This document shows positions 28,603 to 38,484 of a stretch of 64,000 nucleotides of DNA, in pieces. This DNA comes from an uncultured Acidobacteriota bacterium (GTDB taxonomy: Bacteria > Acidobacteriota > Terriglobia > Terriglobales > Acidobacteriaceae). The notes under the pieces were generated by a model. The model was given only the letters and a program-made list of their open reading frames with translations. It made no database searches and was not told the DNA's origin. The translations under genes and the position numbers were made by a program. Location of the stretch: the NCBI GenBank assembly GCA_963837635.1, contig CAWINY010000006.1, positions 725,236-789,235 of the forward strand. The letters run 5' to 3'. The first letter of the stretch is position 1; the number at the start of each line of letters is the position of its first letter.

Positions 28603-29885
28603 GCACCGTAAATAAATAACGTTTACATCTACTATCCTGATCTGTTATTACGGTGGGCATGGACTCGGATGCCCAGCTCGGCCGGTACTTTGCTGGCATG
28701 TGGCCGCATCTGGACGAACACGCTCGGCGTTTGGTGGCTGCCAGCGAAGCTTTGGAACTGGGCTATGGCGGCATCTCGCGAGTCAGCCGCGCCTGCGGCC
28801 TATCGCGGGTCACGTTGACCAAGGGTATCGAGGAATTGAAAGCCGCGCCGCTGGCCCCGGGCCGGATTCGCCACGAGGGCGGCGGACGACACTCGTTGAC
28901 GTCCAGCGATCCCGGCATGGCGCCCGCCTTGGACAGCATGGTCGAACCCACGGCACGCGGCGACCCGCAGTCGCCCTTGCGCTGGACCTGCAAGAGCGCC
29001 CGCACGCTGGCGGCGGAACTAACAGCCCGGCACCACCCGGTCAGCCACACCAAAGTGACCCAACTCCTGCGAGAGAGTGGCTACAGCCTGCAGGGCAATC
29101 GCAAGACGGAGGAAGGGGATGACCATCCCGATCGTGACGCGCAGTTCCGTCATATCAATAGCGCCGTCAAACGCGCTTTGCGGGCAGGCGAGCCCGTCAT
29201 TTCCGTGGACACGAAGAAGAAAGAACTGATCGGTAACTACCAAAACCAGGGCCGCCAGTGGCGCCAAACCGGAACGGCGGATAAGGTCAACGGACATGAT
29301 TTTCCCGGTCCCGATGTACCCCGCGCCTATCCCTACGGAATCTACGACCTGGGGCGCAACGCGGGCTTCGTCAACGTGGGCACGGACCACGACACGGGGG
29401 CCTTCGCGGTGGCTTCGATTCGGGGCTGGTGGCGCGCCGACGGCCGGAACCTGTATCTGGGGGCACGGCGACTGCTGATCACCGCCGATGGCGGGGGTAG
29501 CAACGGCTGGCGGCTGCGACTGTGGAAATGGGAGTTACAGCGTCTGGCCGACCAGACCGGGCTGATACTGATGGTCTGCCATTTTCCGCCGGGCACGAGC
29601 AAATGGAATAAGGTGGAGCATCGGTTGTTTTCCTTCATTTCGTCCAACTGGCGCGGCGAGCCGCTACGCGATTATGAGACGGTGGTACGGCTGATCGCCG
29701 GAACGACGACGGCCAAGGGTTTGAAAGTGACCTGCCGCCTAGATCACCGCAAGTATCCCGTGGGGCGAAAGATCACGGATGAAGAGTTTGCCCATGTCAA
29801 CCTCAAGCCAGACAAATTCCATGGTGAGTGGAACTACACCATTCATCCAAGCAACTAGGTTGTAAATGTTATATATTTACGCCGC
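28603..29885 (+). mobile_element. ISAzo13-family insertion sequence, copy 1 (~1283 bp)
   Basis: Imperfect terminal IRs GCACCGTAAATAAATAACGTTTACA / TGTAAATGTTATATATTTACGCCGC. Flanked by the direct repeat (C)TTAG at 28598-28602 and 29886-29890. End positions are +/-1 bp. Confidence 0.85.
28653..29858 (+). CDS. ISAzo13 family DDE transposase
   Basis: 401 aa. 'ISVDTKKKELIGN', 'ITADGGGSNG.R..LWK', 'HFPPGTSKWNKVEHRLFS' motifs typical of ISAzo13-type transposases. Protein is identical to 61401..62606. Confidence 0.9.
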   Translation: MGMDSDAQLGRYFAGMWPHLDEHARRLVAASEALELGYGGISRVSRACGLSRVTLTKGIEELKAAPLAPGRIRHEGGGRHSLTSSDPGMAPALDSMVEPTARGDPQSPLRWTCKSARTLAAELTARHHPVSHTKVTQLLRESGYSLQGNRKTEEGDDHPDRDAQFRHINSAVKRALRAGEPVISVDTKKKELIGNYQNQGRQWRQTGTADKVNGHDFPGPDVPRAYPYGIYDLGRNAGFVNVGTDHDTGAFAVASIRGWWRADGRNLYLGARRLLITADGGGSNGWRLRLWKWELQRLADQTGLILMVCHFPPGTSKWNKVEHRLFSFISSNWRGEPLRDYETVVRLIAGTTTAKGLKVTCRLDHRKYPVGRKITDEEFAHVNLKPDKFHGEWNYTIHPSN

Positions 29886-29914
29886 CTTAGCTTCTCTCCC
29901 CCAGGGGGTCACGT

Positions 29915-30504
29915 ATGCGCTACCTGTGCGCTCTCGTCTTTGCGTTGCTGTCGTTCGTTCCTGCAAGAGCCGATGTGCTGTATACGTACACTGGGAATCC
30001 GTGGACTAGCTGCATCAATGGCTATGGCAATTGCGATCCATCCTGGCCCCCCTGACGGCCAGTTTCACCTACTCCGAACGGCTGCCCGCCGACTTCACGG
30101 CTACTTTTTACTATTCGAATTTCGGACCCAGCCTGTACGGCGTGTTTGATCCCCAACGCACCAACATCACGCCCGTATCTGTTACCGTCGGTGACGGGAC
30201 GCTCTACACAGATCCTTTTCCCTATGGAACCTTTGTGAATGGCACGCTCGTTACTGGAGACAGCGGCCAGATTGTAGACTGGCAGTTTTATTGGTTCGGA
30301 TGGTACTGTGGGGACATCGGCACGATTAATTCTACTCCGCAGTCCGATTCGTATTTGCGACATCAGCCAGCGTCGCCAAATTTCAGCAACGCCAACGATC
30401 CAGGCTCCTGGACCGTTACCGAGGTTCCAGAGCCATCGACATTGGCCCTTCTCGGCAGTGGATTGTTGTTGGCGTTTCATCGTGTGCGCCGTCGCTATCG
30501 GTAA
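29915..30504 (+). pseudogene. PEP-CTERM sorting-domain protein, frameshifted at a C6 tract (or sequencing error / phase-variable)
   Basis: The signal-peptide ORF from ATG 29915, 'MRYLCALVFALLSFVPARA|DVLYTYTGNPW...DPSWPP', stops at 30053. The rest of the protein is in the -1 frame (30031..30504) and ends 'VPEPSTLALLGSGLLLAFHRVRRRYR'. One extra C in the run 30047-30052 would join the two frames. Confidence 0.6.
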
Positions 30505-30835
30505 CTTCCGGCACGCCGGGTGCCTGCGCCGAAGCCTGCGGGAGTGCTGCTGTCGCCCGCGTTGGTCTGGTTAAGCCTACGGGGGCCTTCCCTACGTTGC
30601 CCCCCGTCCTGGAAGCGCCTCCCCCCTTAAAACGCGATTGCGGGGCGTTGTGGGGCGATTCTGGAAACACTCAGGCCGGCGCGGACCTTATCGCGATGTC
30701 CTGCAAGTCCACGCTTAGACTTGCGGCCGTTCTGGCCGCGCTTTTGCCAAAAAAATCGCGGAGCTACACGATACGGCATCGAGGGCGGGGACGGTCGAAT
30801 GGGGGCATAGGGGCTGGGCAAAAGTAGGACCCGGC

Positions 30836-30864
30836 CTGGTGTACCACCTGGTGTACCACGGTGT
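30836..30864. repeat. Tandem 12-mer CTGGTGTACCAC x2.4
   Basis: Read directly. About 90-110 bp from the tRNA-Glu 3' end. Confidence 0.8.
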
Positions 30865-30906
30865 CCGCTTTCTGCCGCTAGTGAGTGTCAGAACCTTTTT
30901 CAGGCA

Positions 30907-30933
30907 CAAAGAAAACCCGCTGATTTAGCGGGT
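30907..30933 (-). terminator. Rho-independent terminator after tRNA-Glu
   Basis: Minus strand ACCCGC-taaatca-GCGGGT followed by TTTCTTTG. Confidence 0.55.
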
Positions 30934-30949
30934 CTTAGCGGATATTGAT

Positions 30950-31024
30950 TGGTAGCGCTACCGGGAATCGAACCCGGGTTTGAAGATTGAGAATCTTCCG
31001 TCCTAACCCCTAGACGATAGCGCC
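30950..31024 (-). tRNA. tRNA-Glu (anticodon CUC), CCA encoded
   Basis: Hand-folded cloverleaf. Acceptor GGCGCTA/TAGCGCT, D-arm GTCT-AGGGGTTA-GGAC, anticodon arm GAAGA-TTCTCAA-TCTTC, 4-nt variable loop, T-arm CCGGG-TTCGATT-CCCGG, A73-CCA. Confidence 0.9.
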
Positions 31025-31270
31025 CCTGCTGGTGAATTGATTATAACAAAGCGCTAGTTTGTGCGGCTCTCGCGCTTCGGGTTGGGGTGCGGGATGTCGT
31101 TGCTCAAAATGGTCGAAGAAGCCAGGAAATGAACCAAGCTGTTGCCGTCGGATCGGCTGTGCCGGCGGGCCTGCAAGACCCACCACGGATTCAAGCGGAT
31201 TGAGACGGATCAGGAAACGACTGGAGAAAGCAGATCGGAGAAGGTAGAGCCGGGTTCCTTCTGATTTTTC

Positions 31271-32365
31271 TCAATCCGTTGTTGCTTTATATTCTCCCGC
31301 TGCTACCGTGGCCGGGGTTGGTCCTGCGAAATACCGGCGCTGGAAATAGAACGACACGTTGACCAGCGCGATCATCACCGGGACCTCGACCAGCGGGCCG
31401 ATCACCGCCGCGAAGGCCGCTCCGGAGTTAATGCCGAACACGGCCACGGCCACCGCAATCGCCAGCTCGAAGTTGTTGCTGGCGGCGGTGAACGCGAGGG
31501 TGGCAGTCTTGGAATAATCCGCGCCCAGTTTCCGGCCCATATAGAACGACACCAGGAACATGACCACGAAGTAAATCAACAGCGGCACGGCGATCCGCGC
31601 CACGTCGAGCGGAAGCCGCACCATGGTTTGGCCCTTTAGGGAAAACATCACCACGATGGTGAACAGCAGGGCAATTAGCGTCAGCGGACCCACCCGCGGA
31701 ACAAACTTGTTTTCATACCACTGCCGTCCTTTAACCGGGATCAGCACGGTGCGGGTAACAAACCCAGCGAGGAAGGGAATGCCGAGGTATATGAAAACGC
31801 TTTTCGCGATTTGGGCGATAGAGATATTGACCACGACTCCGTGTAGCCCGATCCATTCCGGCAGCACCGTGATGAATACCCAGGCATAGACCGAGTAAAA
31901 GAACACCTGAAACAGGGAATTGAAGGCGACCAGACCGGCCGCGTACTGGGTGTCGCCCTTGGCCAGTTCGTTCCAGACGATGACCATCGCAATGCAACGC
32001 GCCAGGCCGATCAGAATAAGCCCCGCCATGTATTCCGGATATCCGCGCAGGAAAATGATGGCGAGCACGAACATCAGGATTGGTCCCACGATCCAGTTCT
32101 GCACCAGGGATAATCCCAGAACCCGCTTGTTGCGAAAGACTTCATGCAGCTCTTCGTAGCGCACCTTGGTGAAGGGCGGGTACATCATCAGGATCAAGCC
32201 GGCGGCAATGGGAATCGAAGTCGTGCCCACGCTAAAGCGATTGAGGAAGGGCACGATCCCCGGCGCCAGCCACCCCCCCACGACGCCGAGAACCATCGCT
32301 CCGAAAATCCATGCCGTCAGATAACGATCGAGAAAACGCAGCCTGCGCGTGCTTGCTCCGCTCAT
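31271..32365 (-). CDS. acr3: Arsenite efflux permease ACR3
   Basis: 364 aa with about 10 TM segments. '[10 protein letters not shown]', '[10 protein letters not shown]', '[13 protein letters not shown]' ACR3 signatures. Confidence 0.9.
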   Translation of the reverse strand: MSGASTRRLRFLDRYLTAWIFGAMVLGVVGGWLAPGIVPFLNRFSVGTTSIPIAAGLILMMYPPFTKVRYEELHEVFRNKRVLGLSLVQNWIVGPILMFVLAIIFLRGYPEYMAGLILIGLARCIAMVIVWNELAKGDTQYAAGLVAFNSLFQVFFYSVYAWVFITVLPEWIGLHGVVVNISIAQIAKSVFIYLGIPFLAGFVTRTVLIPVKGRQWYENKFVPRVGPLTLIALLFTIVVMFSLKGQTMVRLPLDVARIAVPLLIYFVVMFLVSFYMGRKLGADYSKTATLAFTAASNNFELAIAVAVAVFGINSGAAFAAVIGPLVEVPVMIALVNVSFYFQRRYFAGPTPATVAAGEYKATTD

Positions 32366-32373
32366 TGGCTGGC

Positions 32374-33222
32374 CTACTTTCTACCGTGCAGCTTGATCGA
32401 GGCCACGGCTTCGGCTGCCTCGCGTACCAGCTTGTCCGGGTTTTTCAGAGATGAAGCCGAGATCGTGGACCCGCAGCATGACGTTCCCCCGCCGCAGCTG
32501 TCTTTACCCTGAGCCTGAGCCTGAGCCTGAGGCGCGAGCATCTTCACCAGATCGGGACCGTAAGCGATCCGCGGGATCGAGAGATCGCGCAGGCCGGCGG
32601 CGAGCGCCGTGCTGAGATAGTCGGTCAGCAGACTGGCCCCGGAAACACACCCCACGTAGGCGCTTATGCTTCTTGTGAGCGCTTCCGGCAGCGGCTTGAG
32701 CAGCACGATGTCACTCACCGCAAAGCGGCCGCCCGGCTTCAGCACGCGGGCGATTTCCCGGAAGACCGCGGGCTTGTCCGCCGAAAGATTGATCACGCAA
32801 TTGCTGATGACGTAATCGACAGTTGCGCTTTCGACCGGCAGATCTTCGATGAATCCCTTGCGGAATTCTACGTTCGCCACCCCGCGTTTTTCCGCGTTCT
32901 GCCGCGCCAGGGCAAGCATGTCATCGGTCATATCCACGCCGATCACGCGTCCCGCGGCTCCGACCCGGTGCCAGGCGAGAAACGCATCGAAGCCCGCGCC
33001 CGCGCCGAGATCCACCACCGTCATGCCGGGAGCGAGTTCGGTGAGCGCCAGGGGATTGCCGCAACCCAGGCCGAGGTTAGCGTCGCCGGCCAGCGCCAAG
33101 TCTTCGTCGCTGTAGCCGATCGAGCGCGCCACTTCTTCGGTCGGCGCTCCGCAGGCCGACGCCTCGCCGCGCGCCACCGCTCCATAGTGCTCTTCCACTG
33201 CGTTGGTAATTTCGTGCTTCAT
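32374..33222 (-). CDS. arsM: Arsenite S-adenosylmethionine methyltransferase
   Basis: SAM motif '[13 protein letters not shown]'. Conserved Cys positions in 'LGLGCGNP', 'ISNCVINL', 'YVGCVSGA'. Cys-rich tail '[10 protein letters not shown]'. Confidence 0.85.
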   Translation of the reverse strand: MKHEITNAVEEHYGAVARGEASACGAPTEEVARSIGYSDEDLALAGDANLGLGCGNPLALTELAPGMTVVDLGAGAGFDAFLAWHRVGAAGRVIGVDMTDDMLALARQNAEKRGVANVEFRKGFIEDLPVESATVDYVISNCVINLSADKPAVFREIARVLKPGGRFAVSDIVLLKPLPEALTRSISAYVGCVSGASLLTDYLSTALAAGLRDLSIPRIAYGPDLVKMLAPQAQAQAQGKDSCGGGTSCCGSTISASSLKNPDKLVREAAEAVASIKLHGRK

Positions 33223-33839
33223 TCGGCTTCCTCGATTCTGGGGCGGACGCCCCGTCCGAGCCCGATTCTTGCTTGAGTGGGAATTTCCCCGGGGTTCTTG
33301 GTGCGTAGTTTAGTTGCTCGCCGCTCCTCGCGGGCGATGGGATGGCCAAGCGAGGAACGCTCATCGGGCAGCTTGGCGATGGGCGCATTCAAAGCACAGC
33401 AGTTCGCCGATTCCATGGCGTGGTTCAGCAGACTCAGGGCTTTGAGGATCTGGGCGCGTTGTCGTTCGGGCAGGGAACTAACGATGCGCTTGGTGCGCTG
33501 GCGCATGAGGTCATCGAGTTGCTTGCGCGTGCGGCGCCCCTCGGGTGTAATCCGCACCATGGCGGCGCGCCCATCGCTCTGCGCCCCACGGACGCGCTCC
33601 ACCAGGCCGCGCGTTTCGAGCTTTTCCAGCACGCGGGTCATGGCGCTCGGCGTAATCCTGGAGCTGGCTGCCAGATCGCAGATGCGCGCCCCCTCTTGCG
33701 CTACCAGGGTGCGCAGGATGGCGCATTGGCGCTGGCTCAGTCCTTCGCAGCAGACCTCGTCCGGGCCGATTTGCCCGAGGATGCGGGCCAGTCGCTCCAG
33801 TTCATTCCACCAGCGCAGGGTATCGGAATCGGATTTCAC
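33219..33839 (-). CDS. MarR-family transcriptional regulator with two vicinal Cys pairs (putative As(III)-responsive regulator)
   Basis: Winged HTH 'LSQRQCAILRTLVAQEGARICDLAASSRITPSAMTRVLEKLETRGLVERV'. 'EVCCEG' and 'ANCCAL' pairs. Its stop overlaps the arsM ATG (ATGA). Confidence 0.75.
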   Translation of the reverse strand: MKSDSDTLRWWNELERLARILGQIGPDEVCCEGLSQRQCAILRTLVAQEGARICDLAASSRITPSAMTRVLEKLETRGLVERVRGAQSDGRAAMVRITPEGRRTRKQLDDLMRQRTKRIVSSLPERQRAQILKALSLLNHAMESANCCALNAPIAKLPDERSSLGHPIAREERRATKLRTKNPGEIPTQARIGLGRGVRPRIEEAE

Positions 33840-34098
33840 GAGAAAAGGCTAACGCAATATACTTGTATGCGTCAAGCAAGTAAACGCTCGGCAAGAAAAA
33901 GTTCTGGGTGTGTTCAATTGCCCGCATTTCGCCGAAAAGAGAGAGTTGTCATTCCGACGCGGAGCGCAGCGAAGCGGAGGAATCTGCAGCTCCCGTTAAT
34001 TTGCCAGCACTGCGAACGCACTGAACAGCGAGCGCCGCTATCTATTCATGCTCGGTAGTTGCCGCAGGTCATGAGCAGAACGACAACCGTCCGATCCC

Positions 34099-34530
34099 TC
34101 ACGCCTTGCCCGCTACGGCTACTAGCGATTTTTCGGGTTCGAAGGTCTCGTTCTCCGGATAGACTACGATGTCCGCGCCCAGGACCGTGTCCATGGCACG
34201 CTCGAAGGAATCGGCAGTAACCGCCCTGACCTTGCTGGGCCTGCGCCGTGCGTCATGGGCTTCCAGCGCAACCAGATTCTGCAGGTTCAACATCTTCCTT
34301 TGGGTTTGGACGTAGCTCGCGAATACCAACCGGGTCCAGGCAAACAGAAGCAGGACAGGCGGTGCGAATCGAAACAGCCCTAACCAGGTTTCCAGCGCTT
34401 CGGAACCGGCGCGGAACATCGGGCCTCCCGGCAAGGATTCCAGCGCGCGCGGGAGCGGAAATCCGCAGGCTCGCGTCATCGCCGCTTCCGGGGAAGGATC
34501 AATCTCAGAGGAATAAGGACGAGGATTCAT
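34099..34530 (-). CDS. Hypothetical membrane protein
   Basis: ORF trimmed to the Met at 34530. One hydrophobic segment 'WLGLFRFAPPVLLLFAWTRLVFA'. No family recognised. Confidence 0.3.
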   Translation of the reverse strand: MNPRPYSSEIDPSPEAAMTRACGFPLPRALESLPGGPMFRAGSEALETWLGLFRFAPPVLLLFAWTRLVFASYVQTQRKMLNLQNLVALEAHDARRRPSKVRAVTADSFERAMDTVLGADIVVYPENETFEPEKSLVAVAGKA

Positions 34531-35124
34531 AGTTTCTCCCAACAGGATTCGATGGAACCAGAGCCCGCAACGGGAATGCCGATTGATAGCCAAGTCGCCG
34601 AAAAGCGCCGCCGTGGATCACATCTAAGCCGCGCCCCGTCCCCATCCGAATCTTCGAGCAGACGATGCAACGCCATCCAGTGTTCGAGAGTGTGTTCGTA
34701 TCCTGAATCATATGAAGCGACACGCGACCCTTCCCGAGATTCAAGGGTGGTCATTGGTTGAACGGCATTATGGTACATCACGGTTTCACCCCTTGCATTC
34801 TCGGATGCGCGGAATACGCCCGCCGAAATTTGCCGAGCCCGCAAAAACCAGATGGAACGGATTCGTCCTATTTGCTACTTCCAAGAAGCGTAAAACAAGA
34901 CATAAGTAACTAACCTTAGTTGTCTGCCCGGATCTGTATTCTTTTTTGAGGGCCACAGAAACCTCTCAAATTTGTCGGGTCAGGTGAAAGTTGGATAGTA
35001 CTTACCACAGTAATGCGATAAAGTGACACGAACCGAGCTAAACTCACTTCATTCCCGATAGAAAACCCTTGGCGTGATCGTCCTGACGATTCCGTCTCCG
35101 GGAAAATTCTTGGGCAGCGCGCAT

Positions 35125-37278
35125 ATGGACTCCTCCGATTGGCAAGAACCGAAGGTGGCGGATGAGGCGGACCTCGAGCGCCTGGAACTAGCCGACATCA
35201 TTGACGTTGAATTGGTTCAATCGCTGATGGACGACTTTTATGAGCTGGTGCCCATTCACATGTCCATCCTTGACGTCCAAGGCAAACCGCTCGTCGGCGT
35301 AGGCTGGCAAGATATCTGCATGAAATTCCACCGGGTCAGTCCGGAGAGCTGCAAGAACTGCCTAGAGACTGCCACCGAACTTACCCTTGATGTTCCCCCG
35401 GGCGAGTATAGGCTCTTCAAATGCAAGAACAATATGTGGGATGTCGCCACCCCGCTGATCGTGGCGGGAAAGCACGTCGGCAACCTGTTTGCGGGACAAT
35501 TCTTCTTCGACGGCGAGCTGCGGGATCGCGAACTCTTTCGCGCTCAAGCCATGCGTTACGGCTTCAACGAGAAAGAGTATCTTGCGGCAATGGACGCGGT
35601 GCCGCAGGTGAGCCGGGAGCGTTTGCACAGGTGCATGGGCTTTTTGATCAAGCTGGCCCACATGCTCTCGGCCATGGGCTACAGCAACCTCAAGCTGGCC
35701 CGGTCGTTAGCGGAACGCAAACAGTCCCAAGAGGCTTTGACTAAGAGCGAGGAACTGTTGCGCCGGCTGATTGACGCGCAAATGGTTGGCTGCGTCCTGT
35801 CGAACCAAGGGCAAATCGAAGTCGCCAATGACACCTTCTTGGCCATGCTCGGCTACACGCGAGAGGAGTTGGAACGGGGAGAGGTTAACTCCTACAGCTT
35901 CACGCCTTCTGCTTACCACGACAAGCTGGACGCTGCCATCAGCCTACTTCAGGCGACGGGCTTGTGTCCGCCCTTTGAAACCTTGCATCGGCGGAAGGAT
36001 GGCACCGATATTCCTGTTCTGGTCGCCTTCGCCAAAACCGACAAGCCCGGGGTAAGGATTGGATGGGTGCTCGACATCTCGCGGCAGAAAGAACTCGAAG
36101 CTCAGCTCCTGCAGACCCAGAAAATGGAAGCGGTCGGCGAGTTGGCGGGAGGCATCGCCCACGATTTTAACAATCTGCTGATGGCCATCAGCAGCCACGC
36201 CGAGCTCCTGCTCGCCACCATGCCGGAGAATCCGCGGGTGGGGAAGACTGCTTCCACCATTTTGGCGGCGACCATGCACGGCGGCCAACTGACCCGCAAG
36301 CTGCTGGCCTTCAGTCGGAAGCAAGACTTGAGTATATCCAGCTTCAACCTGAACGAGCTGCTGGCGGAAACGGCGGAGCTGGTCATGCATCTTCTTCCCG
36401 GATCGATCGATTTTCGAGTCCAGCCCTCTCCGGCGCCCTGTTGGGTCAGGACCGACCGGACGCTGATGGAACAAGTGATGGTCAACCTGGTTCTCAACGC
36501 GCGCGATGCGATGCCCGATGGCGGCAAGTTGGTCGTGCGCGCGGCTGGGGTTGTGGTTCGAGACGAAGATGTTAGCTTTCACAGTGCGGTTCCGGCCGGC
36601 CATTACGGGCTGATCACCGTTGCCGACACCGGCCACGGGATTCCCGAGCAACTGCATAGCAGGATTTTTGAGCCTTTTTTTACGACCAAGCCGAAGGAAC
36701 GAGGCACCGGACTCGGGCTGGCCATGGTCTATGGCACGGTCACCCAGAGCGGCGGGCATATCCGTGTCAAAAGCAATGTCAACACCGGAACTACGCTGGC
36801 GGTCTATCTTCCGACGATCGCGGAACCGGCCCTTCAGGAAGCAGAGGACGTCCCCTGTCTGATGGTCGCTAATGCGAAGCCATGCCCGGTCCATGGCACG
36901 GTGCTGGTGGTCGATGACGAAGCTCTGGTGCGCTCCAGTGTGCGGGTGTTCTTGGAGGACCGGGGACTTCGTGTGTCCGATACCGGTAATCCGCGGGAAG
37001 CCATTCACCTGGCAGAGCAGCTAGGCGAGGAGCTATCCACGCTGATTACCGATGTGATCATGCCGGATCTGCCCGGGACCGAACTGGCCCGGAAGCTGCT
37101 GTCGATTCGGCCTGATCTTCAGGTCATATTTATGTCTGGATACGCCGCTGGCGCCATTCGTCAGGAAGAGTTTCCCTCCGCCAAGTTTCTGCAGAAGCCA
37201 TTCACGCGGGCAACCCTGCTGGGCTCCGTCTGTGGCCACTGCAAACGCAAGCCTCTGGCGGAGAGTTCCGAACAGTAG
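35125..37278 (+). CDS. Hybrid sensor histidine kinase with PocR-like sensory domain, PAS, HisKA, HATPase and C-terminal receiver
   Basis: PocR-like 'ILDVQGKPLVGVGWQDICMKFHR....FKCKNNMWDVATPLIVAGKHVGNLFAGQFFF'. H-box 'GGIAHDFNNLLMAI'. 'DTGHGIP...GTGLGLAMVYG'. Receiver 'VLVVDDEALVR...LITDVIMPD'. Confidence 0.8.
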   Translation: MDSSDWQEPKVADEADLERLELADIIDVELVQSLMDDFYELVPIHMSILDVQGKPLVGVGWQDICMKFHRVSPESCKNCLETATELTLDVPPGEYRLFKCKNNMWDVATPLIVAGKHVGNLFAGQFFFDGELRDRELFRAQAMRYGFNEKEYLAAMDAVPQVSRERLHRCMGFLIKLAHMLSAMGYSNLKLARSLAERKQSQEALTKSEELLRRLIDAQMVGCVLSNQGQIEVANDTFLAMLGYTREELERGEVNSYSFTPSAYHDKLDAAISLLQATGLCPPFETLHRRKDGTDIPVLVAFAKTDKPGVRIGWVLDISRQKELEAQLLQTQKMEAVGELAGGIAHDFNNLLMAISSHAELLLATMPENPRVGKTASTILAATMHGGQLTRKLLAFSRKQDLSISSFNLNELLAETAELVMHLLPGSIDFRVQPSPAPCWVRTDRTLMEQVMVNLVLNARDAMPDGGKLVVRAAGVVVRDEDVSFHSAVPAGHYGLITVADTGHGIPEQLHSRIFEPFFTTKPKERGTGLGLAMVYGTVTQSGGHIRVKSNVNTGTTLAVYLPTIAEPALQEAEDVPCLMVANAKPCPVHGTVLVVDDEALVRSSVRVFLEDRGLRVSDTGNPREAIHLAEQLGEELSTLITDVIMPDLPGTELARKLLSIRPDLQVIFMSGYAAGAIRQEEFPSAKFLQKPFTRATLLGSVCGHCKRKPLAESSEQ

Positions 37279-37328
37279 GTCCCCGCGAATCGGCAGCCCC
37301 GTCTCCGTAGCGAGTAGCGGACGCTTCA

Positions 37329-37367
37329 GTGCCCCACATCTGCCAAAACCGGGCAGATGTGGGGCAC
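37329..37367. repeat. REP hairpin GTGCCCCACATCTGCC-aaaacc-GGCAGATGTGGGGCAC
   Basis: Perfect 16-bp stem. A related copy is at 52875-52906. Lies between convergent genes. Confidence 0.8.
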
Positions 37368-37459
37368 CTTCAACAGGACAGGATGCGATGCAGTCGTCTG
37401 ACATGACGACCGCATCGCATCCTGTTCGTTGGGATTGGGGACTAGATGTCTGCCTGGGT

Positions 37460-38356
37460 TCAGCGCGACGTTAAGGCCTTGGCGTCCTTGCCGATGGCCT
37501 TAATCAGGGTTTCGCCGATCACGGCCGGCGAATTGGCGACGTGCACTCCAGCTTTTTCCAGGGCCGCAATCTTCTCTGCCGCGGTGCCCTTGCCGCCGGC
37601 GATGATGGCCCCGGCATGGCCCATGCGGCGTCCCGGAGGCGCGGTCTGGCCCGCGATGAAGGCGGCCACCGGTTTCTTGACGTGCGCCCGGATGTACTCG
37701 GCGGCGGTTTCTTCGGCGTCGCCGCCGATCTCGCCGTTCATGATGATCGCGTCCGTCTCCTCGTCCTCATTGAACATCTTCAGCGCGTCGAGAAAAGTGG
37801 TGCCGATGATCGGGTCCCCGCCGATGCCAATGACGGTGGACTGCCCGATGCCCTGCTGGGTCAACTGGTGCACGGCTTCGTAGGTCAGCGTGCCCGAACG
37901 GGAGACGATGCCCACCCGGCCTTCCAGATGGATGCGCGCGGGCATGATGCCGATCTTGCACTTGCCCGGGGAGATGATGCCCGGGCAGTTGGGGCCGATC
38001 AGCCGCGATTTCTTCCCCGCCAGGAACTGCTTTACCTTCACCATGTCGAGCGCGGGGATGCCTTCCGTGATGCAGACGATTAGCGCAACGCCGGCCTCGG
38101 CGGCTTCCATGACGGCGTCGGCGGCGAACGGGGGAGGGACAAAGATAACGGTCGCATTGGCCCCGGTCTCGCGCACCGCGTCCCCGACCGTATTGAACAT
38201 CGGCCAGCCTTCGTAAATCGTGCCGCCCTTGCCTGGGGTCACGCCCCCGACAATCTTTGTGCCATATTCCGCGCAGGCTTTGGCATGGAAGGTCCCTTCC
38301 TTGCCGGTCAGGCCTTGTACGATTACCCGGGTAGACTTGTTTACAAGAATGCTCAT
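37460..38356 (-). CDS. sucD: Succinate--CoA ligase subunit alpha
   Basis: 298 aa. '[14 protein letters not shown]', 'SRSGTLTYE', 'GHAGAII' (active-site His). Confidence 0.9.
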   Translation of the reverse strand: MSILVNKSTRVIVQGLTGKEGTFHAKACAEYGTKIVGGVTPGKGGTIYEGWPMFNTVGDAVRETGANATVIFVPPPFAADAVMEAAEAGVALIVCITEGIPALDMVKVKQFLAGKKSRLIGPNCPGIISPGKCKIGIMPARIHLEGRVGIVSRSGTLTYEAVHQLTQQGIGQSTVIGIGGDPIIGTTFLDALKMFNEDEETDAIIMNGEIGGDAEETAAEYIRAHVKKPVAAFIAGQTAPPGRRMGHAGAIIAGGKGTAAEKIAALEKAGVHVANSPAVIGETLIKAIGKDAKALTSR

Positions 38357-38365
38357 GTATTCGCT

Positions 38366-38484
38366 CTCAAAAGCAGTGACTAGTGCCTAGTGACTAGTGA
38401 CTAGCGGCTAGGAATTCGTGAATCGTGGCTTGTAGCAGTGACTTGCGACCTGATGATCACTTCCTAGTCCCGAGTCACTGCTTG
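38366..38484. repeat. Word-repeat (AGTGACTAG) imperfect long hairpin inserted between sucC and sucD
   Basis: aagcagtgactagtgcctagtgactagtgactagcggctagg ... cctagtcccgagtcactgctt. Confidence 0.6.

Larger units (their letters stand above)
22823..30948. mobile_element. Degenerate tRNA-Glu-associated genomic island (~8.1 kb, no integrase recognisable)
   Basis: Bounded by an intact tRNA-Glu and the 19-bp repeat of its 3' end. Contains two IS elements, a frameshifted gene, gene remnants, an AT-richer non-coding stretch (by eye) and orphan small genes. Confidence 0.5.

Noticed and set aside
30505-30948. Integrase or excisionase remnant adjacent to tRNA-Glu
   Set aside because: Hand translation of all frames gave no R..H..R..Y tyrosine-recombinase or serine-recombinase motifs. 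Only low-complexity ORFs and a 12-mer tandem repeat were found.
34527-34844. 105-aa minus-strand ORF upstream of the hypothetical membrane protein
   Set aside because: It has no motif, signal or homolog pattern recognisable by eye, and its start is ambiguous. It was left unannotated.
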